From Girardia tigrina (Eukaryota), in assembly GCA_001938485.1 (NCBI GenBank), contig MQRK01201053.1, forward strand, positions 52,745-102,347: a DNA stretch of 49,603 bases. The letters run 5' to 3'. The first letter of the stretch is position 1; each line of letters opens with the position of its first letter. Below are positions 38,560 through 49,603 of this stretch, piece by piece. The notes below the pieces were generated by a model that was not told the origin of the DNA, ran no database searches, and saw only the letters and a list, made by a program, of their open reading frames with translations. The position numbers were made by a program, and so were the translations under genes.

Positions 38560-38925
38560 AAAAATCTGTACTTCCATGTAGTAATCTGGAATCTAGATCA
38601 TGTAAGATAGAGAGTTGGTTCAGAAATAAATCTTTCACTCTAACTGCGATATTAGTTTCTCAATATAAATGTAATGAATGTGACGCAACATACATCAAAG
38701 AGACTTGTCGTCATCTCTATAAATGATTACAGGAACATAATAAAATGGAAATTCATATTAATATTGTTCAACATAGAAAGAATTGCTTAAAACACAATCT
38801 TATTCAACTTTATTGAAAGTGTTTTGAAATTACATAAACAATGTTTAAGTATATAAATGTAAATATATCATTTTTATTTTAGCCTGAAGACAACACTTAA
38901 TCTATGAAATTGATAATAATAAATT
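38560..38925 (+). mobile_element. Penelope-like GIY-YIG remnant with decayed hammerhead
   Basis: QYKCNECDATYIKETCRHL..LQEH (38662-38740). CTGAAGA...GAAATTGATA at 38884-38915 with stems broken. Confidence 0.7.
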
Positions 38926-39015
38926 ATGATAAGCGTTTTTTTGTGTTTTAATTTTATTTTGATTTTTTGTAAACTTTACTATGTCTGAACAGGAAAATAA
39001 TTAATTTTCTTCTAG

Positions 39016-39265
39016 GTTGTCAAATTAATGGTCCGATCTTCTTCACCGCCAACCGTAGACGCTATGATATTAATTTGTTCATTGGATAGATTGGCTTCTG
39101 TAAACACTTGTTTTGCTATCAAGAAATATTTGCCCTCTGACATTGTATCATCATGCCACTGTATGCTGCTTGGTGTTGGTCAAGCTTCAAACCCTTGTAT
39201 TGAACATATTTCGATTAGATCGAGACATTCAGAGATGGAATTCGGACTTTATGATACGAGTCATG
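39016..39265 (+). CDS. RhoGAPp190: p190RhoGAP exon (pG2)
   Basis: Acceptor ttcttctag ends 39015, phase 0. VDAMILICSLDRLASV resembles VHGYIVFYSAKRKASL. Donor gttggt at 39266, phase 1. Confidence 0.8.
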
Positions 39266-39691
39266 GTTGGTTCAATTACAAATTTTGAAATTAGTATTAT
39301 TATTCGAATTTCATTTGAAAAAGAATCATTTTTAAAATAAACAATAGCTTTGATTTTAAATATTATTTTGGATAAATTTAATGTTCAAAATCATTTCAAG
39401 ATATTACTCTAGAATTTAGAAGGTTTTGATATAGAAAATTATGTAAGTTGCAATTAATACAGCATTATTACGAGTCTCATTTCCTTACAAGTGTTAATTG
39501 AGGAAATTTCGCATTTATTTTCCTGCTGTAAACCGTAATGCTAAATGGCACACTTTTAAGTGTTTCTCCTCATATGAAGGTTTTGTAAAGTGTCCTCATT
39601 GTATAACTTTTACTATTCTTAATTGTTCTATCTTTATATTGTTCTACAAATAGTTAATATAATATTGTATAAAAATAACAAGTACCTTTAG

Positions 39692-39803
39692 ATTCTGTCG
39701 CAACTGAAGAAGTCAAAGGCAGATTATTCAATTTCTTCAAAGGAATCTTAAATAATTGTGGAACACTGGAGTCCATCAACACTATCACTTCAAATGCCTC
39801 TTC
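39692..39803 (+). CDS. RhoGAPp190: p190RhoGAP exon (end of pG2)
   Basis: Acceptor ctttag ends 39691, phase 1. Open frame DSVATEEVKGRLFNFFKGILNN resembles human IFHPFFKDVV. Donor gtgaga at 39804. Too short for the ORF track. Confidence 0.72.
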
Positions 39804-39849
39804 GTGAGACATCTCTTTACAATCCTATTATTTTTATATTTTCCTTTAG

Positions 39850-39899
39850 ATTTCTAAAATGTTTGAATAAGACTGACGACAGTATACCCAGATACCTCA
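39850..39899 (+). CDS. RhoGAPp190: p190RhoGAP small exon after a 46-nt intron
   Basis: Strong polypyrimidine tract plus ag at 39848-9; phase 2 compatible; reads (S)FLKCLNKTDDSIPRYL; donor gttagt at 39900. Confidence 0.6.
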
Positions 39900-40124
39900 G
39901 TTAGTTATTCGTTTTGAATTTCCATAAATACTTTTATCATTCAACTTGTATTATAATTATAATTAAATAATTGAATCTTGTTGATAAACATCAATTTAAA
40001 TTACTGTATTTCTATACCCAACAATGTATGTCATGTATGAGAATTTGTAAGAGTTCCTAGCAGTAAGGCTCATTACTTTGCGGAATTAGGATTTTTGTGG
40101 GTTCCCAAACATTTGAACAATTTA

Positions 40125-41068
40125 TTGGGTTGGCCAAAAAGTCATTGCATTTTTTACTAAAATATTTATTATCAAAAAATAACATGGATGCACAAATATT
40201 TTTACACGATATACTGTCCATTATTTTCAATCACTTTCTTCCACCTTTCCGGTAGCTTCATTATTCCTGATTCATAAAAACCTTTGCCTTTGTCAGCAAA
40301 AAAACCGCCTAGGAACGATTTGATGTCATCATCACTGGCGAATGTTTTTTCTGTTTAAGGAATTCTGCAGTGATCTAAATAAGTGAAAATCCGTTAGGGC
40401 CAAGTCTGTAGAATACGGTGGTTACGGCAAAACCTCCCAACCCAGTGATAAGAGTTTCTGGCGAGTGGTCAAACTTGTATGCGGTCTTGCGTTATCATGC
40501 TGAATTACAACTCCTTTTCGATTTGCCAATTCAGGACGTTCCTGTTGAATTGAATGAGCCAATTTCTCCAGCTGACCACAATATCTGTCTGAATTGATGG
40601 TTTCATTCCTCGGAAGGAGTTCAAAAAACACAATTCCTTTAAAATCCCACCAGATGGAAAGCATAACCTTCTTTTGGTGAATTTCTGTTTTTGTGATCGT
40701 TTTGGCAGGCTCACCACGTTTTGTTCATGATCGTCGGTGTTCCCCATTGTTGTAAACAATCCATTTTTCGTCACCCCTAATCAAGCACTTCAAAAATGGA
40801 TCACTTTGTTCTCGCTTCAAAAGAGAATCGCAAATGTCTATACGTTTCACCAAATGAATTTGAACAAAACATGACGAATATGCTTATTTTGATTTTCCAT
40901 TTCGAAATTAATAAATTAAAACAAAATCAATTAATATTTTGTATAAACAGTCTGAAAATTGAGGTTTCAGAATATATAATTGAATTTAAATTTTATCACA
41001 TCGTTTTATATTTTCAAGCTTTTTATTAGGACGTACTCAAAAACGCAATGACTTTTTGGCCAACCAAA
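40125..41068 (-). mobile_element. Internally deleted mariner with both TIRs and TA TSD
   Basis: TIRs TTGGGTTGGCCAAAAAGTCATTGC / GCAATGACTTTTTGGCCAACCAAA. GDEKWIVY, MLSIWWD, HDNARPH, YSTDLAL. N-terminal HTH deleted. Confidence 0.93.
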
Positions 41069-41331
41069 TAATTATGAATTCGCCGAAACTAGTATTAATT
41101 GAATATTAATTAAATTATGTACTAACTGTTTTATAATTACTACTTTATTAGCAAATCAACTTTTTAATAGCTGCATATAAATATCATATATAAAAAATAT
41201 TTAAATAAAATAAACATAAGATAAAGACACAATAAGAAATTAAATTAACTAACGTGACACTTAACTACGTAGTCTAACATTACTTGCCATTCATTGTTTC
41301 TGTGTCTCACTTGCTTTATATACTAAACATA

Positions 41332-41620
41332 AAGTGTTTTTCAGTTGAAATGCGACACTTTTGCATTTGAAATGCGACACTTTTGCATTTGAAATGCGAC
41401 ACTTTTATCGGCATATGTTGATCTTATTACCGAAAAATTATCGAAGAGGACAAATAAAAAGTCTGAATCCTATGGGTTTTAACTTTTTAATTGTCTTGTG
41501 TCATATGTTTTTTATTGCTTTTCTAATTTTTTATTTCAACACAACTATGATGTATTTTTTATTTTTGTTTATTTGGCATTTCTAGTAAAAAAAATATCGC
41601 ATTTCAACTGAAAAACCCTG
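41332..41620. mobile_element. Tc1/mariner-superfamily MITE with internal 22-bp tandem repeat
   Basis: 24-bp TIRs (A/C)AG(T/G)GTTTTTCAGTTGAAATGCGA, TA flanks. TTGAAATGCGACACTTTTGCAT about 2.8 copies at 41345-41406. Confidence 0.8.
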
Positions 41621-41866
41621 TAATATCTATCATGAAGATCTGCAGTTTTTGATAGTTTTATATCCATGCAAACTCACATCTCACATGAAGATTAAATTCT
41701 GTCAAAACTTTCCAAACATAAATCGCGATGACAGTCATTCTTCCTTAGAATAGATTAAATATTGAACAAAAGAAAAACTGTACATCAGAACTAACATCAT
41801 CCATCAATAACAGTCTTCGCCGTTGTTAATGATTGAACAGTCTCTGTTTTTAATAGATTGATATTA

Positions 41867-42057
41867 CCCTAATTTACTGCGGATGACTCACACCCGTGTA
41901 TAATCCGCATCTCAATTTTTGATCATTATGTTCCTTTTGAAAATAATAATGTAATGTAAATAATAAATAATGTAAATAATAACCCGCACCCATAAATTTT
42001 TCGAAAAATCGTCTCTTTCCACCGTATTACCCGCGAGTTATCCACAGTAAATTATGG
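41867..42057. mobile_element. pogo/Tc2-type MITE
   Basis: TIRs CCCTAATTTACTGCGGATGACTCAC vs (reverse complement) CCATAATTTACTGTGGATAACTCGC; flanks TA/TG. Confidence 0.7.
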
Positions 42058-42341
42058 TGTATTTATTTAATAATTTTTTTAGTAGTTTAAAATCAAAATA
42101 TCTTCATTTTAATGTTTATAGCGTTTTTTATTTAAATTAAAAAGTTATTCTTTTAAAAATGTTTTAGAGTTTGGTGAATTTTGAAATTTTATTAATAAGT
42201 AACAATATGATAATATATAATCTGTAATTGAATATGGATTAATCGTGTATAGTTTTGGGTTAACGGTATTGTTCTTTCAATGGACCAAACATATCATTAA
42301 ATGATTATTGATCATTTTAGAACGAAATATGTCATGAATAT

Positions 42342-42670
42342 TTTTTGGTACCGTAGCCGTTGGGCCGTGGGTGCACTCAATTATGCACAATCATTTATGG
42401 CTTGGTTTTACATATTTTTGAGTGTCTCAGTAGGCAAGGAACCTGGTGGCACCTATCTCCTCTCCAGTCATGGATGGCCGTTGACTCCAAGGAGCTCATC
42501 CGCCTTTTTGCTGGGTTTTGTTTTTCATCCTGCTAGGTGTCCACACACCCTCCTCACCCAGGTTGCTCTGGGCGAGGGAGCCGGTTTAGTTGCCAACCAT
42601 TCGACAATGGGACAGGTATTACGGTTTACATGATACCTGTAGCCGACAGCTAGTCTGACCTGACCTGTGA
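42342..42670 (-). mobile_element. Retroposed non-coding SINE-like element, probably derived from an RTE-clade LINE 5' UTR plus 3' end
   Basis: TSD ATGAATAT (42334-41 / 42671-78); short poly(A) at 42342-46 on the minus strand; much higher GC than the flanks. 5' CAGGTCAGGTCAGAC and GGCGGATGA...GGAGTCAACGGCCA motifs are recalled from RTE 5' UTRs. Confidence 0.7.
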
Positions 42671-43369
42671 ATGAATATAATCATAAATATAATAAATGAT
42701 TATTGTAGTTATATTTTCTTCTTTCAAAAAAAATAAGGAGTTAGAGACGATAAACATGTATAATATGTAACTAGAGAAATCAAAGGAAAAATTACTTTCG
42801 AAAAATCAAACCTCCATTTAAACCCTTAAACCTGAAATAACGTTACTTTGGTCTGTTTAAACTGGCGAAGTCAATTATAGAAATAAATTAAAATCTAACA
42901 TTTGAATTGCGTTAATTTATATTTTTTTATAAATAAAACTTACGTCAAGGAGAAGTATTAAAAAATTGAATGATTAAATGGAAAAATTGTTTTTGATGGA
43001 CATTTCTGCAAATTGTAATCTCTATATCATTGGAAGACCTTTAGAACTAAAGAGTATGTAAGGGGGTCAAGAAAATCATTAGAACACTAGAAGAAAATGG
43101 GAAACGGTAGTTGATGAATGGAAATTTTGTAATATAATGACATATCTTCGTCAACTTTGCATTAATTAACTAACATGGATTTTTAGCGTTTGGTTTAATA
43201 GGACTTATATTGTAGTTCTAATTTCTATATATTTTAAAAGACCTGTATCTTGAAAATAAATAGGAAAAGGTTGTACAGATTAAATTAAAGTTTGTATATT
43301 TAGTAAGAAAAAATCTTGATTTAGATAATGTTTAAAAGATATTTTAAACTCAAATATATTTGTGGCCAA

Positions 43370-44472
43370 TATTTACCGGAAAAATACAATAAAGCGTACT
43401 ACTTCATGAAAAATGAATATGATATGGAAGAATTCGCAAAACAAGTAGAAGTAATTGTTCGGAGTTGTGTAACATGTCAAACATCAAAAACATATACAGG
43501 AGCCACCAAAGAAACAATAATAAACTTGGTTTCCCAACAGCCGTTCGACGACATTTATATCGATTTTTGTGGGCCTCTACCCGTTACAGAGGGAAAGAAA
43601 TACATTTTGGGCATTATTGATAGATTCAGCCGATACATCGTACTAACAGCCGTGAGCAATCAAGATGAAGCGACAGTGATGAATACGATTCAGTAAAAGT
43701 GGATATTCAGATTCGATGCACCAGGATGTATACATGTGGATCGAGGTAAAGTTTTCGAATCTAGATTTTAAAGTTTTCGAGTATCCTAGATCCATGTTAA
43801 TTGAGATACGGTTTTCAAGTCCATATCACCATAGTGCGAATGGGATAATCGAGCGCCAATTTTGAACGATTCTGGATGCATTAAATGCCTCTCTGAAAGG
43901 AAAAAATGGAAGAAACTGGGTGGATTTACTCCCAGAAATCGAATTTAGTATGAATGCATCCATACAAAAGACTATTGGATGCAGTCCGACAGAAATTATT
44001 CTGGGAAAAAGGATAACACTAGATGGTTCGCGTCATTATGAGTTAGACAACACGAAAGTAATTGAAAAAGTCCTAATAATTGAAACAGAGTCACCAATGT
44101 CAGTAAAACCGAGGCACGAATTTAAAGAAGGTGATTTAGTTTTAGTAAGAATAGAAAACAGACAAAAAGGAACGGACTGGTATGAAGGGCCGTATGAGAT
44201 TATTAAAAAACAACATGATCGTTGTGTAGAAATGAAGAATAAGACGGGTCGAATAATTTGTAGGAATATAGAATGGCTAAAGCCTTTTAAGGAAGGGGAG
44301 TATAAGGATGACTAATTATAAACAATCTATATTATATTAAATACATATTGATATTTATATTTAAAAAGGATTCACAATATTTTTATTAATTCTCCTGAAT
44401 TGTTGTTTAAATAATATGGTATAATTGTGGATATAAATAAATCTTTGAAAAGGACTTGTGTGCCTCCTTACA
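43370..44472 (+). mobile_element. Ty3/gypsy 3' fragment: integrase (zinc-binding CxxC, core, GPY), PPT, 3' LTR
   Basis: CVTCQ, IYIDFCGPLP, IIDRFSRY, SSPYHHSANGIIER, YEGPYEII, RNIEWLKPF. PPT GGAAGGGGAG before the LTR 44301-44472 (TA...CA). Stops and frameshifts. Confidence 0.92.
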
Positions 44473-44684
44473 ATTTAAATTTTTGATATTAAAATTTTAA
44501 AAGTTTTTTAAATATCTTATGCTGTAATTTAAAATGCAAATTATGCTCGAATAATTATTCATCGCGAACACCCAAAATACCAATTCTCCATCTGGGTGGG
44601 AGAAACACATTTCCAAATACTAAACTCATCATACAAAATTCAACATACCAATTTCAACACATCAATTTAAAAAAATGCTTCACA
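44473..44684 (-). mobile_element. Solo LTR (TGTGAGGAAT family)
   Basis: Minus strand TGTGAAGCAT...TTCTCCCACCCAGAT matches the LTR at 31045. Confidence 0.55.
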
Positions 44685-45270
44685 AGGCCCAATAGAACTT
44701 CATCATCGAACCACATTGCTTTGGTACCAATTTCATTCCTCTTTGTCTTTTTCAAAATCAAATCACAAAAAATCATTGTTATTATCATTATGAAATTCAT
44801 AAAAGAGTTTGGTTGAATGATTTTCATTCTGTCATTCATAAAATAATCGATATTCTACTACCAGTTGATATAGTTCAATTAGGCTTTATGAGATATTATT
44901 TTACTACATTTGTCATAGACGTAATCTTGCATGTTTATGTTAAGTTGTACTTTTACTTATCTAGTAAATCTGTGCTCGCTACCACTAATGTGTTACACTA
45001 ATGTGCTACCGCACTCTGCTATCTTCAATGTGTAACCTTTGCTAGTACCCTTTATTGAAGGTTGTTATCGATTATTTAAGTTGTCAAACAGTTCATTATT
45101 TTAGTCAAATAATTTTTAGTATTTTCGGTTTCCTGATCGGATTTCCGAATTTGTAATTATTTTAATACTTATTAAAACGTTTATCGCAAAGAATTTGTTT
45201 TTAATTTTCATTGATGAAATGTTTTCTTTATTTTTTGTTGGTAAAAGTCACGAATATATGTTTGGTTTAG

Positions 45271-45314
45271 ACAAACCAATGTGCCAGGCGTGTTTTGATT
45301 CATATCAGAGCGAT
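45271..45314 (+). CDS. Candidate p190RhoGAP micro-exon (linker region)
   Basis: tttag acceptor, gtaagt donor, phase 1 compatible, reads (N)KPMCQACFDSYQSD. No recognisable homology. Confidence 0.4.
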
Positions 45315-45674
45315 GTAAGTCATGATTTATTTATATTTGTAGAATAATAATCGAAATTATTATTGTTAATTGTACTTCTTACTAGTGATTACTTTATTTT
45401 CTTGAAAGTATTCATTGATAAACCGGTAAATTTAGATTTTACAAATATTCCGTGAATGAGTTTATGAAGTGGTAATATAATGTAGTAATAGTATTTACAA
45501 TCGGTACTGTTTTATTTTTGTACGTAGTTTAAATGAGTAACATATTAATCACCTAGAATTAGTTATTCACAAGTTCAATTTGATTTTTAAAATTATTTTT
45601 ATTATTTATATCTATTATACTCTTAATAAATTTGAAAATTAAAGTTAAGTGTCTACGACAATTCCTATTTCAAG

Positions 45675-45728
45675 AAGTTCATATTCGAGTCTGGGTCTTA
45701 CGACGAGGTTCTCGGAGACGTGAATGAA
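45675..45728 (+). CDS. Candidate p190RhoGAP micro-exon (linker region)
   Basis: tttcaag acceptor, gtaggt donor, phase 0, reads KFIFESGSYDEVLGDVNE. GC-richer island. No recognisable homology. Confidence 0.3.
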
Positions 45729-46629
45729 GTAGGTCTGTTCGTTTAACTAAGAGTAAATGTGAGGCTCGCTGGATTTTAAGCATAATTTTATGACATTAAA
45801 TATATATATTTTATGTATTTTTGGCTATTTATTTGGATATAATTAGACATAGCTTAACTTTTGTTAGGGGTTTTTGGTGAACTTTAAATTTTTGAATATT
45901 TAAAATGTAAAATTATATTTCTAGTTAAAATTACTAGTTAAAATAAGTTCAAATAATTTTTATATAAGTTTATAGAAAATCTATTTGAAAAGGGAAATTC
46001 TAATTAAAATATTTTTTTATAATTAAAGTTCAAAATCGGAAAAACGGAAATAAATATTTTCATAAAAATTAATTTTACAATGGAATTTATATTAAAAAAT
46101 ATTTTGATAATTAATATTTTTAAAAATCAAAATGGAAATAAATATTATTTTGAAATTAATTTTACATTAGAATCCCTTTAAAAATATTTTTTAATTAAAG
46201 GTTTAAAAATCATATAAAAGTTTAATAAAATTTGTAAAAAAATAAAATGTAATTTATATCAAAACTTACCAAAATAAAAATTACTTATATCGATATTTAT
46301 ATTTATATTTAGAATTTTGAAATCTAGTTTATGCAAACTGGAAATATTGTTCCTCATAAATTGGTTTGCATCATAGAAGTTGTAGTATAAATAAAATTTA
46401 GTCAGAAATCTTGATCTTAATCTCGAACCCAACAACTTTGAATATCTATTATTTCTAAAAATAATTTTAAAATTTCAAACACCATGCCTTTAAGATTTGA
46501 TTAATTATTTTAAAGCATAAATTAAACTCAAGTTTGATCAACAGAAATCTATTTTATCTATGTTACACAACATTTTTAAGCTTGTTTGTTTCTTTAGTTA
46601 TAAAAATTAGTGTCTTTAAACTTTATTTG

Positions 46630-46862
46630 TATGATATAAAGATAAAGTTTAAGTAAAGTGATCGTCCTGGTCGAAAATCTGGCTTTGATGAAGAAAATTT
46701 TAACGACTATTTATTTCATTCAAGCCTTTGTTAAACCTAACGTGATTTGGATGAAGAAATGGAGTGTGACCACTTAACTATTATTCTTTATCTAAAAAAT
46801 CGATGGGAAAGGTTCAAAAATTTGATAAATGGATCATGTATTCATTAAATGAAAACAACAAA
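46630..46862 (+). mobile_element. mariner N-terminal remnant cut by a second mariner
   Basis: DRPGR and MGKVQKFDKWIMYSLNENNK (WVPHEL-motif region). Confidence 0.6.
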
Positions 46863-46864
46863 TA

Positions 46865-47990
46865 CGTGGTGCGCTTAATAAATCGTGAGACTAATATAAA
46901 AATAATAATAGTAAAAAAATTGATACATATATATTTAAACTTCAATATAAATATGTTAAGAAAATTTATTTCGTTTTAATAATCCATTATTGTTTAAGTC
47001 AATTTTTACGAATATTCGAAAAATACCACTGGAAACTATTCTATATTGTAGCATTATTCGGTTTCTCTTTCTGAAAGGAAATATAGAGAATAGGTTCTTT
47101 CTGAACTGAAAACTGTTTACCTACAAGAGTGCCCATCCACTGTAACAATTTATCGTTGGTCCAATTACTTTCAGACTAGTAGAACCTCTGTGGTTGATGA
47201 AGAAAGATTTGGAGGAGCCTCGGAAATTGATGAAAACATAGCTCAAAAGCTGCAAACAATCGTGTAAAACGAGAGAAGAATAACGACGAGAGAGCTCACA
47301 AGCCGTCTAAATGTAAACAAAGACATTCTTCATAGTCTCCTTACTGAAAATGGTATTCGAAAATTATGTTCGCATTTTGTGCAACACTTCTTAACAGTGG
47401 AAATGTGACAACGACGTTAGTAATGCAGCTTGGAGAATCTGCAGATCAGGACAAATGTTAGAGATTGTTTCATTGATAATATTATCACTGTGGACGAGAC
47501 GCTGTTGTCCCTTTATATCCCTGAATCTAAAAGAGAGTCGTAAGAATGGAAACTGCCAGGAGAAAGCAGCTCGCTGAAAAAGCATTCCTGAACTTGACTT
47601 CGAAAGGCTCTCATGCTGACGGTGTCTTAGGACGTCATTCTAACTGACTTTGCTGAATCTGGCATGAAGATCAATAGTTCTTACTATTCCAACATCGTGC
47701 AGCATGCAAGGAAGGCACGACGCAAGAGCAGAGTGTGTGATCTCTAATCCACACCAGCAGCGTTCCCATGGCCAAAATTGAGCGTTTCATGTTTAATTTA
47801 CCCCCCCTCCCATCCACAAAACAGCCCCGATTAGGTTCCCTCCGATTTTTCCTGTTTAACCATCTTAATAAGCATCTACGGGGTCAGGTGTTTGCCAACA
47901 AATATGATTTGAGAGTCACCGTGGAGGGTTTTCTGGGAGAAAAGCCCCCAGAATTCTTCAAAAACCTCGTTATAAGCTGGGAAAATTGTA
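46865..47990 (+). mobile_element. Degenerate mariner with left TIR
   Basis: TA-CGTGGTGCGCTTAATAAATCGTGAGACT left TIR; TIYRW, IITVDETLLSLYIPESKRES*EW, FFLFNHLNKHLRG. No right TIR seen. Confidence 0.85.
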
Positions 47991-48059
47991 CGTTACATAT
48001 TATCGGTTAACAATTAAACTTCTTTCTTTGTATGATGTCGTTACTTTCGTCAAAAGCAT

Positions 48060-48350
48060 CAATTATGTTTGTAGGGTATAGTCACAGGAGATGAAAACAC
48101 GTGTCATTATACCAATCACAAACAAAGAAATGAGTAGATAAGTTCAGATAAACAAACGACTCAGTGTGGAAAATAAGATCTTCTGACACCATATGTAGTA
48201 CGAATAAAAAAGAGTTATTTATTATGATTTTTTCCTACGAATGTAACAATGACAATTATGAACACTTCTATTGACTTCATGCAGCAATGCTATTTAAAAA
48301 ACGAAATTAAATGACCTTGCAACACAAAAATGCCAAAACTAGACTGAAAT
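48060..48350 (+). mobile_element. Old mariner remnant
   Basis: IVTGDENTCHY at ~48078. Confidence 0.5.
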
Positions 48351-48591
48351 AATCACTAAACAGATTGTTTCATAGAGAAATTATTTGTGATTTATTATCA
48401 TGATAAATTTTAATTTATTGTGCGATTACTGTTGTTTGCGGTGTTTGTGTTTTCTTTATATAAATAATTTAATAATAAATAATAATAAATTGAATTAACA
48501 ATTAAATAATTAAATAAAGAAATTAAAAAGTAAAAAATAATAATAAATAATAAAAGTTAAATAATAATTAATTTAAAAGGCTGATAATTAT

Positions 48592-49037
48592 TGTGGCACC
48601 GGTGGGGTGTCCCTTTTCTGGAGAATTTTCAAAATAATTGAGAATGATAATGATGCGATATAGCGTGATTGATTTCAATATAAAAATTAATTGGGCCAGG
48701 AAAGACGAGCTCTGATTGGCTGGCTAATCAGAGCCGTCGTGTTGGTACAATATATGGTGGAAACCGTTGTTTTTGTTCTTGATTATGAGAATTTAGTTTG
48801 TATTTGTCGGTGATGAATTTTGGAAAGTTATTGACGTGAAAGATTTTCGATTGTGATTTAATTATTCTTGAAAAAGATTTTGAATTTAAAAATTGGATTG
48901 GACAACTATTAATTTTGAGCAATTGGAAATTTTATAAAGTTTATTGGAAAGTTATTCCGGTTAAAGAATTTTAGTTGTTGTAAAAAATTAAAATTATTTT
49001 TCGTTTGTTTGTATCAAATTAATAAACCTTGTAAACA
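48592..49037 (+). mobile_element. Probable solo LTR with internal palindrome
   Basis: TGT...AATAAA...ACA boundaries; 35-nt hairpin 48704-48738. No TSD confirmed. Confidence 0.4.
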
Positions 49038-49077
49038 GTTGATAAATTATCTTGAGATTTTTACGTACGTGACTTAA

Positions 49078-49196
49078 CACGTTGACGGACAGTTGCGTCT
49101 ATAGCCGTCAAGTTCAAGTTCACTATGTGACATGACGGCAATAGCCGTCCAATACGAAACGGTCGTTTTTAGACACTGCGGCTGTAGCAGCACAAA
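49078..49196. mobile_element. piggyBac-type element end
   Basis: TTAA followed by CACGTTGAC; internal TGACGG / ATAGCCGTC repeats; runs into an N-gap; other end not seen. Confidence 0.5.
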
Positions 49197-49603
49197 NNNN
49201 NNNNNNNNNNNNNNNNNNNNNNNNNNNNNNNNNNNNNNNNNNNNNNNNNNNNNNNNNNNNNNNNNNNNNNNNNNNNNNNNNNNNNNNNNNNNNNNNNNNN
49301 NNNNNNNNNNNNNNNNNNNNNNNNNNNNNNNNNNNNTATTGATACATTTAACGATATTTTTTGTTTATACTGGTAAGTATTTGTTTATGATTGATTTTAC
49401 ACTTTAAATAGAAATAAAAAAATTTAAATTTAGCATTTTTTGATTCATTTAGCGATATTTATAGTTATACTGTTTACTTTTTGTTTTTTTATGATATTAC
49501 ATTTGAAATATAAAAACAATAATGTAAATAATAAATGTATAAATAATATACAATAAATAATAATATAAAATAAAATTGATTGTTTTATTCAATATTTATA
49601 GAA

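Noticed and set aside
41345-41406. CRISPR-like repeats
   Set aside because: Head-to-tail with no spacers, inside a MITE, eukaryotic context.
42476-42504. Hammerhead-like CGGAUGA-stem-CAAC on the minus strand of the RTE-like element
   Set aside because: U4, catalytic G12 and A15.1 are all non-canonical, and no stem III with an NUH triplet could be built.
42525-42615. HDV-like ribozyme on the + strand (UCCUCAC loop, AAUGGGAC end)
   Set aside because: P1/P2/P3 spacing does not fit, and it is antisense to the element's poly(A) orientation.
48075-48135. Candidate host exon GIVTGDEN...
   Set aside because: It is the mariner IVTGDE catalytic motif.

Overview
AT-rich eukaryotic (invertebrate-like) genomic DNA with assembly gaps. 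The whole window lies inside one + strand host gene, a divergent p190RhoGAP (ARHGAP5/35 family). Eight phase-compatible GT-AG exons can be spliced by hand, and two further micro-exons are tentative. They cover the end of the N-terminal GTPase domain, the FF repeats and the pseudoGTPase domains pG1 and pG2. The start of the gene and the RhoGAP domain lie outside the window. The introns (46 bp to 12.3 kb) are filled with decayed transposons: Ty3/gypsy fragments and solo LTRs, at least seven mariner remnants, Tc1, Tigger/pogo, hAT (two Buster-type MITEs with 8-bp TSDs), probable Merlin, piggyBac and Helentron-type pieces, and Penelope-like (PLE) retroelement ends. They also carry displaced host-gene fragments (beta-tubulin, Nup214 N-terminus, a possible VWA piece). 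The most notable non-coding signals are (1) PLE-associated minimal hammerhead ribozymes, one with an intact core on the host sense strand and paired with an inverted copy of itself, and (2) a 329-bp retroposed, highly structured non-coding element with TSD and poly(A) that looks RTE-derived and has a twister-like pseudoknot. All homology calls come from recalled motifs, not database searches.
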